A stretch of 64,000 bases of DNA from Candidatus Dormiibacterota bacterium (GCA_963709585.1 CAVPXI010000015.1:32001-96000), one strand, 5' to 3'. Shown: positions 52,441 to 62,397, counted from the first letter of the stretch. The notes: generated by a model from the letters alone, not told the origin. Program-made: numbers and translations.

Positions 52441-53529
52441 TCAGCCCCGATGGGCGCGCTGCCAGTCGATGAAGTCGGCGGTGGTGGCCCGTTCCATCGT
52501 GCGCGACGCGACCTTGAGCCAGTCCGGTGATCGGCCGGCGAGGTCTCCGCTGACCGCGGCGATCCGCCGCGCACCGGATCCGGTATGGACGTTTGCGGTC
52601 TCGGCGCCCATCGCATGGAGCAGCTCGGTCTGTTCGGCGGCAAGGCGGGCCACCGTGAACTCGATCCGGCTGCAGTCGGGCGCGAGCCGGCGAAGCACCC
52701 AGCGCCCGCGAATCTCAAGGAAGGGATCGGCGCACCGCACCGCGCGCCGGACGATCGTCGGATAGTGAATCGGGACGGTCCCGGCAGCGCCCTCCGCCCA
52801 GGCGACGCCTGAGGCGACGAGCGCCTTGGCCTCTCGCGCGATCCAGCCGCCGGAATGCTCGGCGATCGCGACGAAGCGTGGATGTCCCAGGCTCCCGAGC
52901 CCCGCGCGCCGGGTGACGTAGCGCGGATCCTCCCGAGCACCGAACTGGCGGCGCAGGAGTGAGACCGCCGCGGCCAGCGGGCGGCGAGCCGGCGGGAGAT
53001 CCCCCATCGCGGTCCAGAACCTGACCGGGTCTCGCAGCTCCGACTGCGCGTCGCGGCGGAGCACCGGATGCTTCTCGGCAAGAACGAACGGCCTGCCTCC
53101 GCGTTCGATGGAGGTGCGATAGCCCTCGAGGATCGCATTGCAGGCAGCCCGGGGCGTCAGGACCAGGGTTCCGGCCGAGATCGAGAGGCGCGCAGAGGTC
53201 GCCAGCCGCACCAGGTCGTTCGTGTATGCCATCGGGAATGCTTCATCGAAGTCGTTGATGCCCCATATCAACCGACCCTCGGTGTCGCGCCACGTTCCGA
53301 AGTTCTCGGTGTGCAGGTCGCCCACGGCCAGGACCCTGGGTGCGCGCGCCAGCTCAGGGCACCTCGACGCCCAGACCTGGACCCAGCGATAGAAGGTCGA
53401 CCGCAGGAACGGGAACGGGGCGAGCGCCATCTGCTCGTGTTTGAACGCCAGGTCGGATCGAACCACAGTGACCTGGCTGCTGACCCACGATTCGTAGCTT
53501 CGAGTAGCTGCGACCACGGACTGGGGCAT
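52441..53529 (-). CDS. DUF2252 family protein (kinase-like fold)
   Basis: PFPFLRSTFY, VGDLHTENFG, WGINDFDEA, AGLGSLG. Confidence 0.85.
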   Translation of the reverse strand: MPQSVVAATRSYESWVSSQVTVVRSDLAFKHEQMALAPFPFLRSTFYRWVQVWASRCPELARAPRVLAVGDLHTENFGTWRDTEGRLIWGINDFDEAFPMAYTNDLVRLATSARLSISAGTLVLTPRAACNAILEGYRTSIERGGRPFVLAEKHPVLRRDAQSELRDPVRFWTAMGDLPPARRPLAAAVSLLRRQFGAREDPRYVTRRAGLGSLGHPRFVAIAEHSGGWIAREAKALVASGVAWAEGAAGTVPIHYPTIVRRAVRCADPFLEIRGRWVLRRLAPDCSRIEFTVARLAAEQTELLHAMGAETANVHTGSGARRIAAVSGDLAGRSPDWLKVASRTMERATTADFIDWQRAHRG

Positions 53530-53538
53530 GATCGCGCG

Positions 53539-54723
53539 ATGTTCGCGCAGCTCACCATCCTCGTGCTTGCCGGACTTGCCGGCCCGCTGCTCGCGTTCGG
53601 GCGTCGCGGGCTGATTCCAGTCGTCATCGGTGAGCTTGTCGCCGGTTTCGTCCTCGGTCATACCGGGTTCGGCGTTGTCAACTCGGCGGCCCAGCCCCTC
53701 CCGGTGCTGAGCGCCATCGGCTTCGCAATGCTCATGTTCGGTGCCGGGACTCGCGTGGATATCGCCTCCCCCGCGATCCGCCAGGGGTTCGCGCGCGGGC
53801 TTCTCGCCCTCGCGGTCGTCGCGGTCACCGCGGTGCCGATCGGGCTGCTGCTCGATCACGCTCTGGGGGTTGGCCACCCGGCATTGCTCGCCGTCATCAT
53901 CACCGGGAGCTCGGCGGCGATCGCATTCCCGATCCTCCAGGAGCGCAACCTCTCGGGCCCGAATGTCGCGTTCCTGATCGCGTGGGTCGCGCTCGCCGAT
54001 TCGGTGACGGTGGTGATCATGCCGCTGACGATCGCCAAGTCGGCCAACCCACTCGAGGCGCTCGCCGGCGACGCGGCGATCATCGCCGCCGGGGTCATCA
54101 CCCTCCTGCTCGCGGCTCGAGCACGGCGCAGGGGCTTCGTGCGGCAGATGCGCGGCGAATCATTGCAGCGTGGGTGGGCATGGCAGGTGCGCATCTCTCT
54201 GGTGCTCTTGCTCGGGCTTTCGGCGATCGCCCAGGAGACCGGAGCGAGCACGCTGGTGGCGGGTTTCCTCGCGGGGATGGTGCTGGTCCGGTTGCACGAG
54301 TCGGATCACCTCGCGGTGCAGTTCACCGGAGTGGCCAACGGCTTCTTCGTCCCGCTGTTCTTCGTGCTGCTCGGTGCGGAGCTCAACCTCCGGGCCCTCC
54401 TCACCTCGCCCTCACGAATCCTTCTCGCGATCGGTCTCGCGCTCGCCGCGGTGATCACCCACGTCATCGCGGCACGTGCCGCCGGCCACGAGCGGTTCTT
54501 CGCCACGGGTCTGGCCGCGTCGGCGCAGCTGGGAATGCCCGCGGCGGCGGCCAGCCTCGGCCTGAGCACCGGTCTGTTGGGGCCGGCCGAGGCTGCGGCG
54601 CTGGTTGCGGGGGGCTGCTTGACGCTCATCCCCGCCACTGTCGGATCAGTCCTCCTCGCTCGCGGTGCGCCCGCCGCGCCGTCCGCGCCCAGCGCAGGAA
54701 GCGCCCCTGCGACGTCTACCTAA
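53539..54723 (+). CDS. Cation:proton antiporter (CPA2-like)
   Basis: About 12 TM segments, VIGELVAG, GFFVPLFFVLLG. Confidence 0.88.
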   Translation: MFAQLTILVLAGLAGPLLAFGRRGLIPVVIGELVAGFVLGHTGFGVVNSAAQPLPVLSAIGFAMLMFGAGTRVDIASPAIRQGFARGLLALAVVAVTAVPIGLLLDHALGVGHPALLAVIITGSSAAIAFPILQERNLSGPNVAFLIAWVALADSVTVVIMPLTIAKSANPLEALAGDAAIIAAGVITLLLAARARRRGFVRQMRGESLQRGWAWQVRISLVLLLGLSAIAQETGASTLVAGFLAGMVLVRLHESDHLAVQFTGVANGFFVPLFFVLLGAELNLRALLTSPSRILLAIGLALAAVITHVIAARAAGHERFFATGLAASAQLGMPAAAASLGLSTGLLGPAEAAALVAGGCLTLIPATVGSVLLARGAPAAPSAPSAGSAPATST

Positions 54724-54760
54724 AGGATCAAGCCGACGTGCTCAGCCTCATCAGCCCCGG

Positions 54761-54910
54761 TCAGGTGCCCTCGCGCGAACGCCGCCCCGCCTCGTCGGCG
54801 CGATCGCGTTCGAGCTTCTCGGTCTCGTCTTTACGGCGCCGGTCGTCCGCCTGACCCTGCTCCCTGCTCGGCTGTTCCTCGCGCTTGGGATCCTGCTGCT
54901 GATCACTCAT
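54761..54910 (-). CDS. Small highly charged hypothetical peptide
   Basis: MSDQQQDPKREEQ... 49 aa, hydrophilin-like composition. Confidence 0.4.
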   Translation of the reverse strand: MSDQQQDPKREEQPSREQGQADDRRRKDETEKLERDRADEAGRRSREGT

Positions 54911-54973
54911 CGTCCAATCAGCATAAGCCGGTGCTCGAGCGTCGTGCCGAAAGTCACGCCCTGCACGCATCCG

Positions 54974-57040
54974 CTACGACCACAGCCCTTCGAGTGCCAC
55001 CCCGACCCGCTCGCTTGCATCGACATGCGGCATGGTGGGCAATGAGTCCGAGCGGTGGCTCTGCTCCGTGAGCTCGTCGCAGCGCGAGCGCACGCGCTCA
55101 GAGAGAAAGCGCGAAGGCTGTGCCCAACTGTGACGATCGTCTCGCCCGTTCGGGTGGTGGTGATAACGCTCGGGCACATACAGGTGCAACGCGTTCCGGG
55201 CGCGGGTCAAGGCGACATAGAACACGCGTCGCTCCTCCTCGAGGCCGGCAGGCGAGCTCAGCGCCATGTCCGAAGGAATGTTGCCGTCGGTGACGTGCAG
55301 GAGATGGACGACGTCCCACTCGAGTCCCTTGGCGGAATGGATCGTCGAGATGACCAGCCAGTCCTCATCGATCAAAGGCGGCCCGGCGAGGTTCGCCGTC
55401 GACCGCGGCGGCTCGAGGACGTGATCGACTGCCACGTCCGAGAGGCGCGCGACCTTCGCGCTGGCGGCGACCAGGGTGTCCAGGTCGGCGAGCCGCGCAG
55501 GCGCCGCGGGATACGCCGCCTCGACCAGTGGCGCGACGGCTACCCGGAGCCGCTCGGCGTGCGTGGCAACCGACTCCTTCGGCCGCGTCATGAGCGCCGA
55601 AACAAGATCTCCGGCCACCGGCCGCGCCACCTCGGGCAGGTGGGATGAGGCGTGTGGCCACGATGCGAGGACGTCACGGTCTGTCGGGGTGTCAGCGGAG
55701 TTCAACAACCCGAGTGCGGCCACGACGCGATGGGCGGTCGCCGGACCTACACCGACCAGCAGCTGCAGGAGCCGGAACCACGCGACAACGTCATTCGGGT
55801 TGTCCGCGAGGCGAAAAGCCGCGAGCATGTCCTTGACGTGCGCCGCCTCGACAAAGCGCAACCCTCCGTACTTGACATACGGAATGCGCCGCGCTCCCAG
55901 CTCGAGCTCCAGCAGCGCCGAATGGTGTGCAGCTCGTACCAGCACCGCCTGGTCGTGGAGCGCGACGCCTGCTTCGCGATGCGCCAGGATGCGGTCGCAG
56001 ACCGCGTCCGTCTGAGTGTCCTCATCGGCGCAGCGCACCAGTTGAGGACCCACACCGGGAGCCGTCCTGGCCGCGCGAAGCACCGCCGAGAAGCCGGCGG
56101 TGGCGTCGGCGCCGACCGCGTTGGCGACGTCGAGGATCTGCTGGCTCGAGCGGTAGTTGGTCTCCAGAATAACCGTCGTCGATCCGGGAAAGACCCGATC
56201 GAACTCGAGGATGTGCCGCGGCTCCGCCGCGCGGAACGAGTAGAGCGCCTGTGCGTCGTCGCCGACCACCGTGATGCGCGGATCCGCCCGGCGCAGCCCG
56301 GTCAGGATGTCGACCTGGAGTTCGTTGACGTCCTGGTACTCGTCGACCAGCACATGGTCGAGGGCACCCGCAAGACGCGGACCGAGACGATCGTCCTGTA
56401 CGGCTGCGCGCCAGAACAGGAGGAGGTCGTCGAGGTCGACCAGGCCGGCCGATCGCTTGCGCCGCACATAGCCCCGGCAGATCTCCGCGATCGCCTCGAC
56501 GCAGTCCTCCGCCCACGGCGCCATCTCCGCGACGACGGAGGACAGCGGCCGCCCGGTGTTGACCGCGGCCGAGTACAGGTCGACGAGCAACGCCTTGCGG
56601 GGGAAGCGCCGCCGTGTCGATGCGGCGTGACCCTCCTCGTCGCGAACCATGTCGATGACGTCGGCAGCATCGGCCGCGTCGAGGACCGAGAACCCCTCCG
56701 GAATCCCGAGTGTGGCCGCGTAGCGGCGGAGGGTGCGATGCGCGATCGCATGAAAGGTGCCCCCGGTCACCCGGCCTGCCGGTGAACCGGATGCCCGGTC
56801 GAAACCGGCAGCCGTCATGCGCGACGACGTGCGCGCGAGCATCTGGCGCGCAGCCCGCCGGGTGAAGGTGAGCAGAAGAAGCCGTTCCGGCGGTGCCCCG
56901 GTCGCGAGGAGCCAGGCGACCCGGGCGGACAGCGTCGTGGTCTTGCCGGTGCCGGCGCCCGCCAGGATCCGCAGGGGACCGCCGTCGTGGGTCACGGCAT
57001 TCCGCTGCGCATCGGTCAGATCGCCCAGCCACTCGAACAT
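54974..57040 (-). CDS. UvrD/REP-family ATP-dependent helicase
   Basis: AGAGTGKT, LVDEYQD, VGDDAQ, NYRS, TIHSAKGLEW, YVALTRA. Confidence 0.95.
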   Translation of the reverse strand: MFEWLGDLTDAQRNAVTHDGGPLRILAGAGTGKTTTLSARVAWLLATGAPPERLLLLTFTRRAARQMLARTSSRMTAAGFDRASGSPAGRVTGGTFHAIAHRTLRRYAATLGIPEGFSVLDAADAADVIDMVRDEEGHAASTRRRFPRKALLVDLYSAAVNTGRPLSSVVAEMAPWAEDCVEAIAEICRGYVRRKRSAGLVDLDDLLLFWRAAVQDDRLGPRLAGALDHVLVDEYQDVNELQVDILTGLRRADPRITVVGDDAQALYSFRAAEPRHILEFDRVFPGSTTVILETNYRSSQQILDVANAVGADATAGFSAVLRAARTAPGVGPQLVRCADEDTQTDAVCDRILAHREAGVALHDQAVLVRAAHHSALLELELGARRIPYVKYGGLRFVEAAHVKDMLAAFRLADNPNDVVAWFRLLQLLVGVGPATAHRVVAALGLLNSADTPTDRDVLASWPHASSHLPEVARPVAGDLVSALMTRPKESVATHAERLRVAVAPLVEAAYPAAPARLADLDTLVAASAKVARLSDVAVDHVLEPPRSTANLAGPPLIDEDWLVISTIHSAKGLEWDVVHLLHVTDGNIPSDMALSSPAGLEEERRVFYVALTRARNALHLYVPERYHHHPNGRDDRHSWAQPSRFLSERVRSRCDELTEQSHRSDSLPTMPHVDASERVGVALEGLWS

Positions 57041-57048
57041 TCGTTCGA
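57033..57048. promoter_or_regulatory. LexA (SOS/Cheo) box overlapping the helicase start codon
   Basis: TCGAAC-ATTC-GTTCGA perfectly matches the Gram-positive-type CGAAC-N4-GTTCG consensus. TACCAT -10 lies 7 nt upstream of the ATG on the minus strand. Confidence 0.85.
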
Positions 57049-57290
57049 TGGTAGCGCCGGAAGGCGGGCCGTGCTTGCGACTGGAGCATGCTGGCGTCAG
57101 CCGATCTCACCTACGCGAGGAGCGAGCGAACACGCGGTACCGCATCCTCCTGTCGACGGCCGCGGCTCGCGCGATACGTCGCGCGTGGATAGGTCCTTCG
57201 CCGCATCGGCCGACTGAGCGGCGTCGCTCGGCGACCTCCGAGACGGACGGGCTTCGGGCGCTGCCCGCCGCAGAGCCGATCCAGCCGCGC

Positions 57291-57914
57291 CTACTTGGTC
57301 AGGAGGGTGGCGATGACGTTGATCGTGGTCGAAACGACCACGACTCCGAACAGATAGGACAGCAGCGCGTGGCGGAGCGCCGCCATCCGAATCACCTTGG
57401 CGTTGAGGTCAGTATCGGAGACCTGGAACGTCATCCCAATGGTCAGCGCAACGTATAGGAAATCCTTGAAATCAGGCGCGACGCCGGAATGGAAATCGAT
57501 GCCACCATCCTGTGCGTAGTACAGGCGCGCATACCGCAATGTGAACACGACGTGGACGGCAGCCCAGGAAAGGACGACGCTGAGCACCACGAGTGCGGTG
57601 ATCCCCGATTTGACGATGCCGTGCGTCGAGCTCGCGGCGATCAGCGCAAAGGCAACGCTCACAAGGCTCGCAATGTTCGCGCCGACGAGAATTGCATCGG
57701 ACGCCGCGCGTGAATCGTCTTCGATCAGGGCCGCCCGCTTTGTGGCGCTGCCGTCCTTTCCCCGGATACCGAGACCCACGAGCCCTATGAATGCTGCCGA
57801 CGTCACGTCCCAACCAGCCAGGAGCGCCACCTGCCATTCGCTGAGCGGCAACGCGACCGCAAAGCCGACCGCTCCGAGGGCCACGCAGAGCGCCAGCCGG
57901 CTTCGCGCGTCCAT
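57291..57914 (-). CDS. DUF1345 membrane protein
   Basis: FTLRYARLYY, DFLYVALTIGMTFQVSDT, HALLSYLFG. Confidence 0.88.
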   Translation of the reverse strand: MDARSRLALCVALGAVGFAVALPLSEWQVALLAGWDVTSAAFIGLVGLGIRGKDGSATKRAALIEDDSRAASDAILVGANIASLVSVAFALIAASSTHGIVKSGITALVVLSVVLSWAAVHVVFTLRYARLYYAQDGGIDFHSGVAPDFKDFLYVALTIGMTFQVSDTDLNAKVIRMAALRHALLSYLFGVVVVSTTINVIATLLTK

Positions 57915-57950
57915 GCGACCGAGTGTCGCATGCCGCACGGCGGCGTGAGG

Positions 57951-58277
57951 TCAGCGCCCCAGAGCACGCTCCAACTGCGCCTTGCTCATCTTCGATCGAC
58001 CTTTGATGTTGCGCTCCCCCGCCTCGTTGCGAAGCTGCGCGTATGTGCGGCCGCGAGAACCACAGTGGGACCGCAGCCCGCCGCGCCGGCCGGACGACAT
58101 GTCCTGAAGCGACGTCTGGCTCGCCTCTCTGGACTCGCCGGCCCGCGCACGTTCCTTGTTGACGGTGCTGGCGGCGATCTCCTGAGTGGTGTCCTCGTCG
58201 GTGCCGCGATCTTCGAGGCCTTCCTTGATGTGTTCGTACTGACGCTCGCGTTTCGGCGACCACGCTTTCACTGGCAT
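57951..58277 (-). CDS. Conserved small basic protein (family often labelled 'plasmid stabilization protein')
   Basis: WSPKRERQYEHIK, VNKERARAGE, IKGRSKMSKAQLERALG. GGAGG RBS. Confidence 0.85.
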   Translation of the reverse strand: MPVKAWSPKRERQYEHIKEGLEDRGTDEDTTQEIAASTVNKERARAGESREASQTSLQDMSSGRRGGLRSHCGSRGRTYAQLRNEAGERNIKGRSKMSKAQLERALGR

Positions 58278-58473
58278 TGCTGGCCCTCCTGGGAGGCGAT
58301 GATCAGCTCGCCCTTCGGTGCTTCCTGAACCATTCAGGATCCGGTCACTTCGTGATAGTCAGACTATCACTACGGTCCGGGTTGGCACGGGCCCCCGCGG
58401 CGGCCGGCGCGCCCCTGGTACGCGGAATGTAGGCTTGTCCGGCAGTGACGTTGGATCAGCGACTGTCATCAAC

Positions 58474-59343
58474 GTGATCAAGAAGCCGGAACGGACCCAG
58501 CCGCCATACACCCAGATCATCGCGGCGATCGAGGAGATACCCGGTCTGGAGAGCCTCAGCGAGTGGCTGGTCAAGGTGCTCGCGCCGGTCACGCGGCGGC
58601 GGACCCTCATGGACCTGCTCCATGGTCGCTGGCTCGGGCACGCGCTGCATCCAGCTCTGAGCGACGTGCCGCTCGGCATGTGGACGAGCGTGCCCGTTCT
58701 CGATTTGATCGGCGACGGCACCGGGGCAACGATGCTGACCGCTGTCGGTTGCATCGCGGCCGGCGCAACCGCCGCGACCGGAACCGCAGACTGGTCGGTC
58801 ACCGTCGGCCGCGATCGTCGCCTCGCGCTCGTGCACGGTCTCGCCAACACCGCGGTGCTCGGCCTGCAACTCGGCTCCCTCAGCGCCCGCCTGCGCGGGC
58901 GGACCGTCCGCGGGCGGTGGCTCTCACTCGCTGGGCTCGCCGCCGGCGCGGGCGCCGCCTACCTCGGTGGCGAGCTCGTGCTCGGCCGGGCGCTCATGGT
59001 GGATCACGACGCGTGGATATCGGGCCCATCGGAATGGACGGACGCGGCAGCAGACGCAGATGTGTCGGAGGGAGCGCTGACCGTTGTCGACGTCGAGAAT
59101 CGCAAGGTCCTGCTGACCCGCGTGGCCGGCAGGGTCTGCGCACTCGAGAACACCTGCACTCACGCTGGTGGGCCACTCAACGAAGGCACCGTCGAAGACG
59201 GCGGTGTCGTCTGTCCCTGGCACGGCTCGCGATTCCGGCTCAGTGACGGCGCGGTTCTGGGTGGTCCGGCGACGTTCCCCGTGCCGCAGCTGGAAACGCG
59301 CAAGAACGGCGGCCGCGTACAGATACGAGGTCGCGAGGGCTAG
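58474..59343 (+). CDS. DUF2231-Rieske [2Fe-2S] fusion protein
   Basis: LHGRWLGHALHP, CTHAGGPL, CPWHGSRF. Start uncertain. Confidence 0.88.
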   Translation: MIKKPERTQPPYTQIIAAIEEIPGLESLSEWLVKVLAPVTRRRTLMDLLHGRWLGHALHPALSDVPLGMWTSVPVLDLIGDGTGATMLTAVGCIAAGATAATGTADWSVTVGRDRRLALVHGLANTAVLGLQLGSLSARLRGRTVRGRWLSLAGLAAGAGAAYLGGELVLGRALMVDHDAWISGPSEWTDAAADADVSEGALTVVDVENRKVLLTRVAGRVCALENTCTHAGGPLNEGTVEDGGVVCPWHGSRFRLSDGAVLGGPATFPVPQLETRKNGGRVQIRGREG

Positions 59344-59360
59344 GTCGAGGAGATGCAGTC

Positions 59361-60329
59361 TTGACCCCGTCCATTGGGTCCGCCCCGGGTCCCATCGCGC
59401 AACCGGTACTCACCCCGCTCACCGGGGCAGCGATCTTCCTCGTCGTCACCATCGATCCAGGTGGCGAAGCCGCGGCTCGATCACTGCTCACCGACTGCGC
59501 GGGACTGCAGCGATCGGTCGGCTTCCGGATCCCGGACGGCGGCCTGAGCTGCGTCGCCGGCGTGGGATCCGTCGCATGGGATCGGTTGTTCAGCGGACCC
59601 CGGCCGGCTGAGTTGCATCCCTTCCCTGAGATCGTCGGAGCCAGGCACCGCGCGGCTTCCACGCCGGGCGACCTGCTGTTTCACATCCGTGCTGTGCAGA
59701 TGGATCTCTGCTTCGAGCTCGCCGGTCAGATCGTGAACCGGCTGAGTGGCAACGCCAGCGTCGTTGACGAGGTCCACGGCTTCAAGTACTTCGACGAACG
59801 CGACCTGCTCGGCTTCGTAGACGGGACCGAGAATCCCACCGGCCAGGCCGCGTTCGACGCCGTGACCGTCGGCAGCGCTGACACGGCTTTCGCCGGGGGG
59901 AGCTATGTGGTCGTGCAGAAGTACCTGCACGACCTCGACGCATGGAATGCCCTGCCGGTCGAAGCGCAGGAAAAGGTTGTGGGGCGCACCAAGCTGGCGG
60001 ACATCGAGCTCCCCGACGACCTCAAACCGAGCAACTCCCACGTCGCGCTCAATGTGATCACCGACCCCGACGGCATCGAGCTCAAGATACTGCGCGACAA
60101 CATGCCGTTCGGCCGCGTCGGTCTCGGCGAGTTCGGCACCTATTACATCGCCTACGCGAGCACACCGCAGATCACCGAGCGGATGCTCACCAACATGTTC
60201 ATCGGCGACCCGCCGGGCAACTACGATCGAATTCTCGACTTCTCCACCGCAGTCACCGGCACGCTGTTCTTCGTGCCGTCGCAGGATCTCCTCGACAGCC
60301 TGCCGGCCCCTCCCGTGGGGATGCGATAG
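59361..60329 (+). CDS. Dye-decolorizing (DyP-type) peroxidase
   Basis: LGFVDGTENP, SHV, ILRDNMPFG. Confidence 0.93.
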   Translation: MTPSIGSAPGPIAQPVLTPLTGAAIFLVVTIDPGGEAAARSLLTDCAGLQRSVGFRIPDGGLSCVAGVGSVAWDRLFSGPRPAELHPFPEIVGARHRAASTPGDLLFHIRAVQMDLCFELAGQIVNRLSGNASVVDEVHGFKYFDERDLLGFVDGTENPTGQAAFDAVTVGSADTAFAGGSYVVVQKYLHDLDAWNALPVEAQEKVVGRTKLADIELPDDLKPSNSHVALNVITDPDGIELKILRDNMPFGRVGLGEFGTYYIAYASTPQITERMLTNMFIGDPPGNYDRILDFSTAVTGTLFFVPSQDLLDSLPAPPVGMR

Positions 60330-60406
60330 CACCGCACGCTCGATTCTGGTTCACGCGCAGCTCGCGTCCGACCTGACCCGCCACGACAGTCTCGCGCTGT
60401 GGCCGC

Positions 60407-61618
60407 CTACCGAATCCGCACGTGATGGCGACCGAGTTCCGACACAGTGCGCACCCCCAGGAGCTGCATGGTTCGGCGCATCTCGCGAGAGAGGATGGTG
60501 GTGGCCCGTTCGACGCCGCGTTCGCCGCCGGCCATGAGCCCATACAGGTAGGCGCGCCCGACAAGCACGGTCCGCGCACCGAGCGCCACCGCCGCCACGA
60601 TGTCGGCGCCGCTCATCACGCCGGTATCCACCCAGACCTCAGTTCGATCGGCGACCGCATCGACGACGTCGGCGACGAGCCCCAGGGGAACCGGCGCGCG
60701 GTCCAGCTGCCGGCCGCCGTGGTTGGAGAGCACGATCGCCTCGACGCCTGCGTCCGCCATGCGCCGTGCGTCGTCCAGCGACTGGATGCCCTTGACGATG
60801 AGCGGCCCCCGCCAGCAGGACCGGACCCACTCGAGGTCTTGCATGGTCATGGTGGGGTCGAACAGCTCATCGATGAGCTCGGCGATGGTGCGATGCCATC
60901 CGCTCAGCGACGCGAACGCCAGCGGCGCCGTGGTGAGCAGGTTCGCCCACCACGCCGGGTGCGTGGCAATGTCGGCCACGGTCTTGACCGTGAGCGTCGG
61001 TGGTATCGAGAAGCCGTTGCGGGCGTCGCGGAGGCGGCTCCCTGCGACGGGGACATCGACCGTCAATATCAGCGCTTCGAAGCCGGCTTCACTGGCACGC
61101 ATCATCAACGCCTCTCCGGCGCCGCGGTCCTTCCACACGTACAGTTGAAACCACTTGCGCGCCTGGGGCGCCGCGGCCGCCACATCTTCAATCGACGTCG
61201 TCCCCATCGTGGAAAGCGCATAGGGGACGCCGTGCCGCTCGGCGACGCGAGCGACTGCACACTCGCCCTCGTGGTGCATCAGTCGCGTAAATCCGGTGGG
61301 GGCGAACGCGAATGGAAAGGCTGATGTGCGACCGAGCACGGTGGTGCTGGTGTCAACGGCGGACACGTCGTGGAGCACTGATGGCGAAAACTCCAGTGTC
61401 TGGAACATCCGCCGAGCACGCAGAAGACTGAGCTCCCCTTCCGCCGCACCATCCGTGTAATCGAACACTGCGCGCGGAACGCGACCCCGCGCCACGGTGC
61501 GCAGGTCGGCAATCGTCATGGCCTTCGCGAGGCGACGGCTCGTCGCATTGAGCTCGACGGGTCGCGCCCGCAACAGCGGCTTGATCTCGGACCATTTCGG
61601 AAGCTGGCGCTTGGACAT
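60407..61618 (-). CDS. lldD: FMN-dependent alpha-hydroxy acid (L-lactate) dehydrogenase
   Basis: FDYTDG, WFQLY, LTVDVP, SNHGGRQLD, VGRAYLYGL. Confidence 0.9.
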   Translation of the reverse strand: MSKRQLPKWSEIKPLLRARPVELNATSRRLAKAMTIADLRTVARGRVPRAVFDYTDGAAEGELSLLRARRMFQTLEFSPSVLHDVSAVDTSTTVLGRTSAFPFAFAPTGFTRLMHHEGECAVARVAERHGVPYALSTMGTTSIEDVAAAAPQARKWFQLYVWKDRGAGEALMMRASEAGFEALILTVDVPVAGSRLRDARNGFSIPPTLTVKTVADIATHPAWWANLLTTAPLAFASLSGWHRTIAELIDELFDPTMTMQDLEWVRSCWRGPLIVKGIQSLDDARRMADAGVEAIVLSNHGGRQLDRAPVPLGLVADVVDAVADRTEVWVDTGVMSGADIVAAVALGARTVLVGRAYLYGLMAGGERGVERATTILSREMRRTMQLLGVRTVSELGRHHVRIR

Positions 61619-61711
61619 GTGCTGGTGTCGGTATTCTGATGTATGGCCAATCGGACGTTCCTGGCGATCGTCACCTACCGTCCGATACGGTGAGCCCGCA
61701 GCTTCTGGACT

Positions 61712-62080
61712 TATTGGGGCGAAGTATTCGGGGGACCCCCGCGATACTCATCGGCGTATGGCGGACATGCAGGGATGCTCGTCGTCCACGCCGGCCAGGG
61801 CGCGGATGATGACCTCGGAGACCGCTTCCTCAGCTGCTTCGTTCAGGCTGCGGATGATGCCGCCCTTCCTCGGGATCCAGCTTTCCGGGCCAGCCTGCGC
61901 GCGTACATGGAGTGGGCCGTTCACGGGGTGCTCAGCTACTCGCCGCGCGGCTCCGAGGTTCCGCCGAGCATGCCGCTTCCGCACTGGTCGTGGAGCGGCT
62001 TGGAGGGGAACCATCCCCAGCCAAAAGTAGCCGGTGGTTCAGTGCTACGATTGACGCGAAGGGAGCAGACATTGCAATGA
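61712..62080 (+). pseudogene. 5'-truncated globin (group II truncated hemoglobin-like) fragment
   Basis: In-frame YWGEVFGGPPRYS...HAG...RFLSCFVQAADDA...YMEWA...PHWSW. A stop lies just upstream and the N-terminal helices are absent. Confidence 0.6.
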
Positions 62081-62397
62081 AGTCATTTGCCTCGGGACGC
62101 GATGCTCGAGACGAGCGGAGCGTCTCTCTGATCGGGAGAGCGCATCGCCGGCAGGTTCGACCGAGCCGCAGCCTCCAGCCCCTGTGGAAACCGTCCACCG
62201 GCTGGAGCCGCGTTGACGATGGACCAAGTTGGAGCCTCCCGCCACTCTGGGAAGCGCCACTCGGCGGTGAGGGCGAATTCTTGGGTGTTCGGGCTAAGCC
62301 GGCTGGTCTTCCAGCGTACAAACGCGCATGGCAACAGCCGGCACTCTTTTAGCTTCTCGCGCGTCGGCCGACCGCGGCACGCAGTACGCTCACTGAT

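Noticed and set aside
57951-58277. 'Plasmid stabilization protein' as evidence of a toxin-antitoxin system or plasmid
   Set aside because: No RelE/ParE-like features or partner antitoxin; the family label is uninformative.
59361-60329. DyP as cargo of an encapsulin nanocompartment
   Set aside because: No C-terminal GSLxIGSL-type targeting peptide and no adjacent encapsulin gene.
62241-62260. GCCACT..GGGAAG as a cobalamin riboswitch
   Set aside because: The other hallmarks (GGGAA..GGTG.AA.TCC and the B12 box) are missing.
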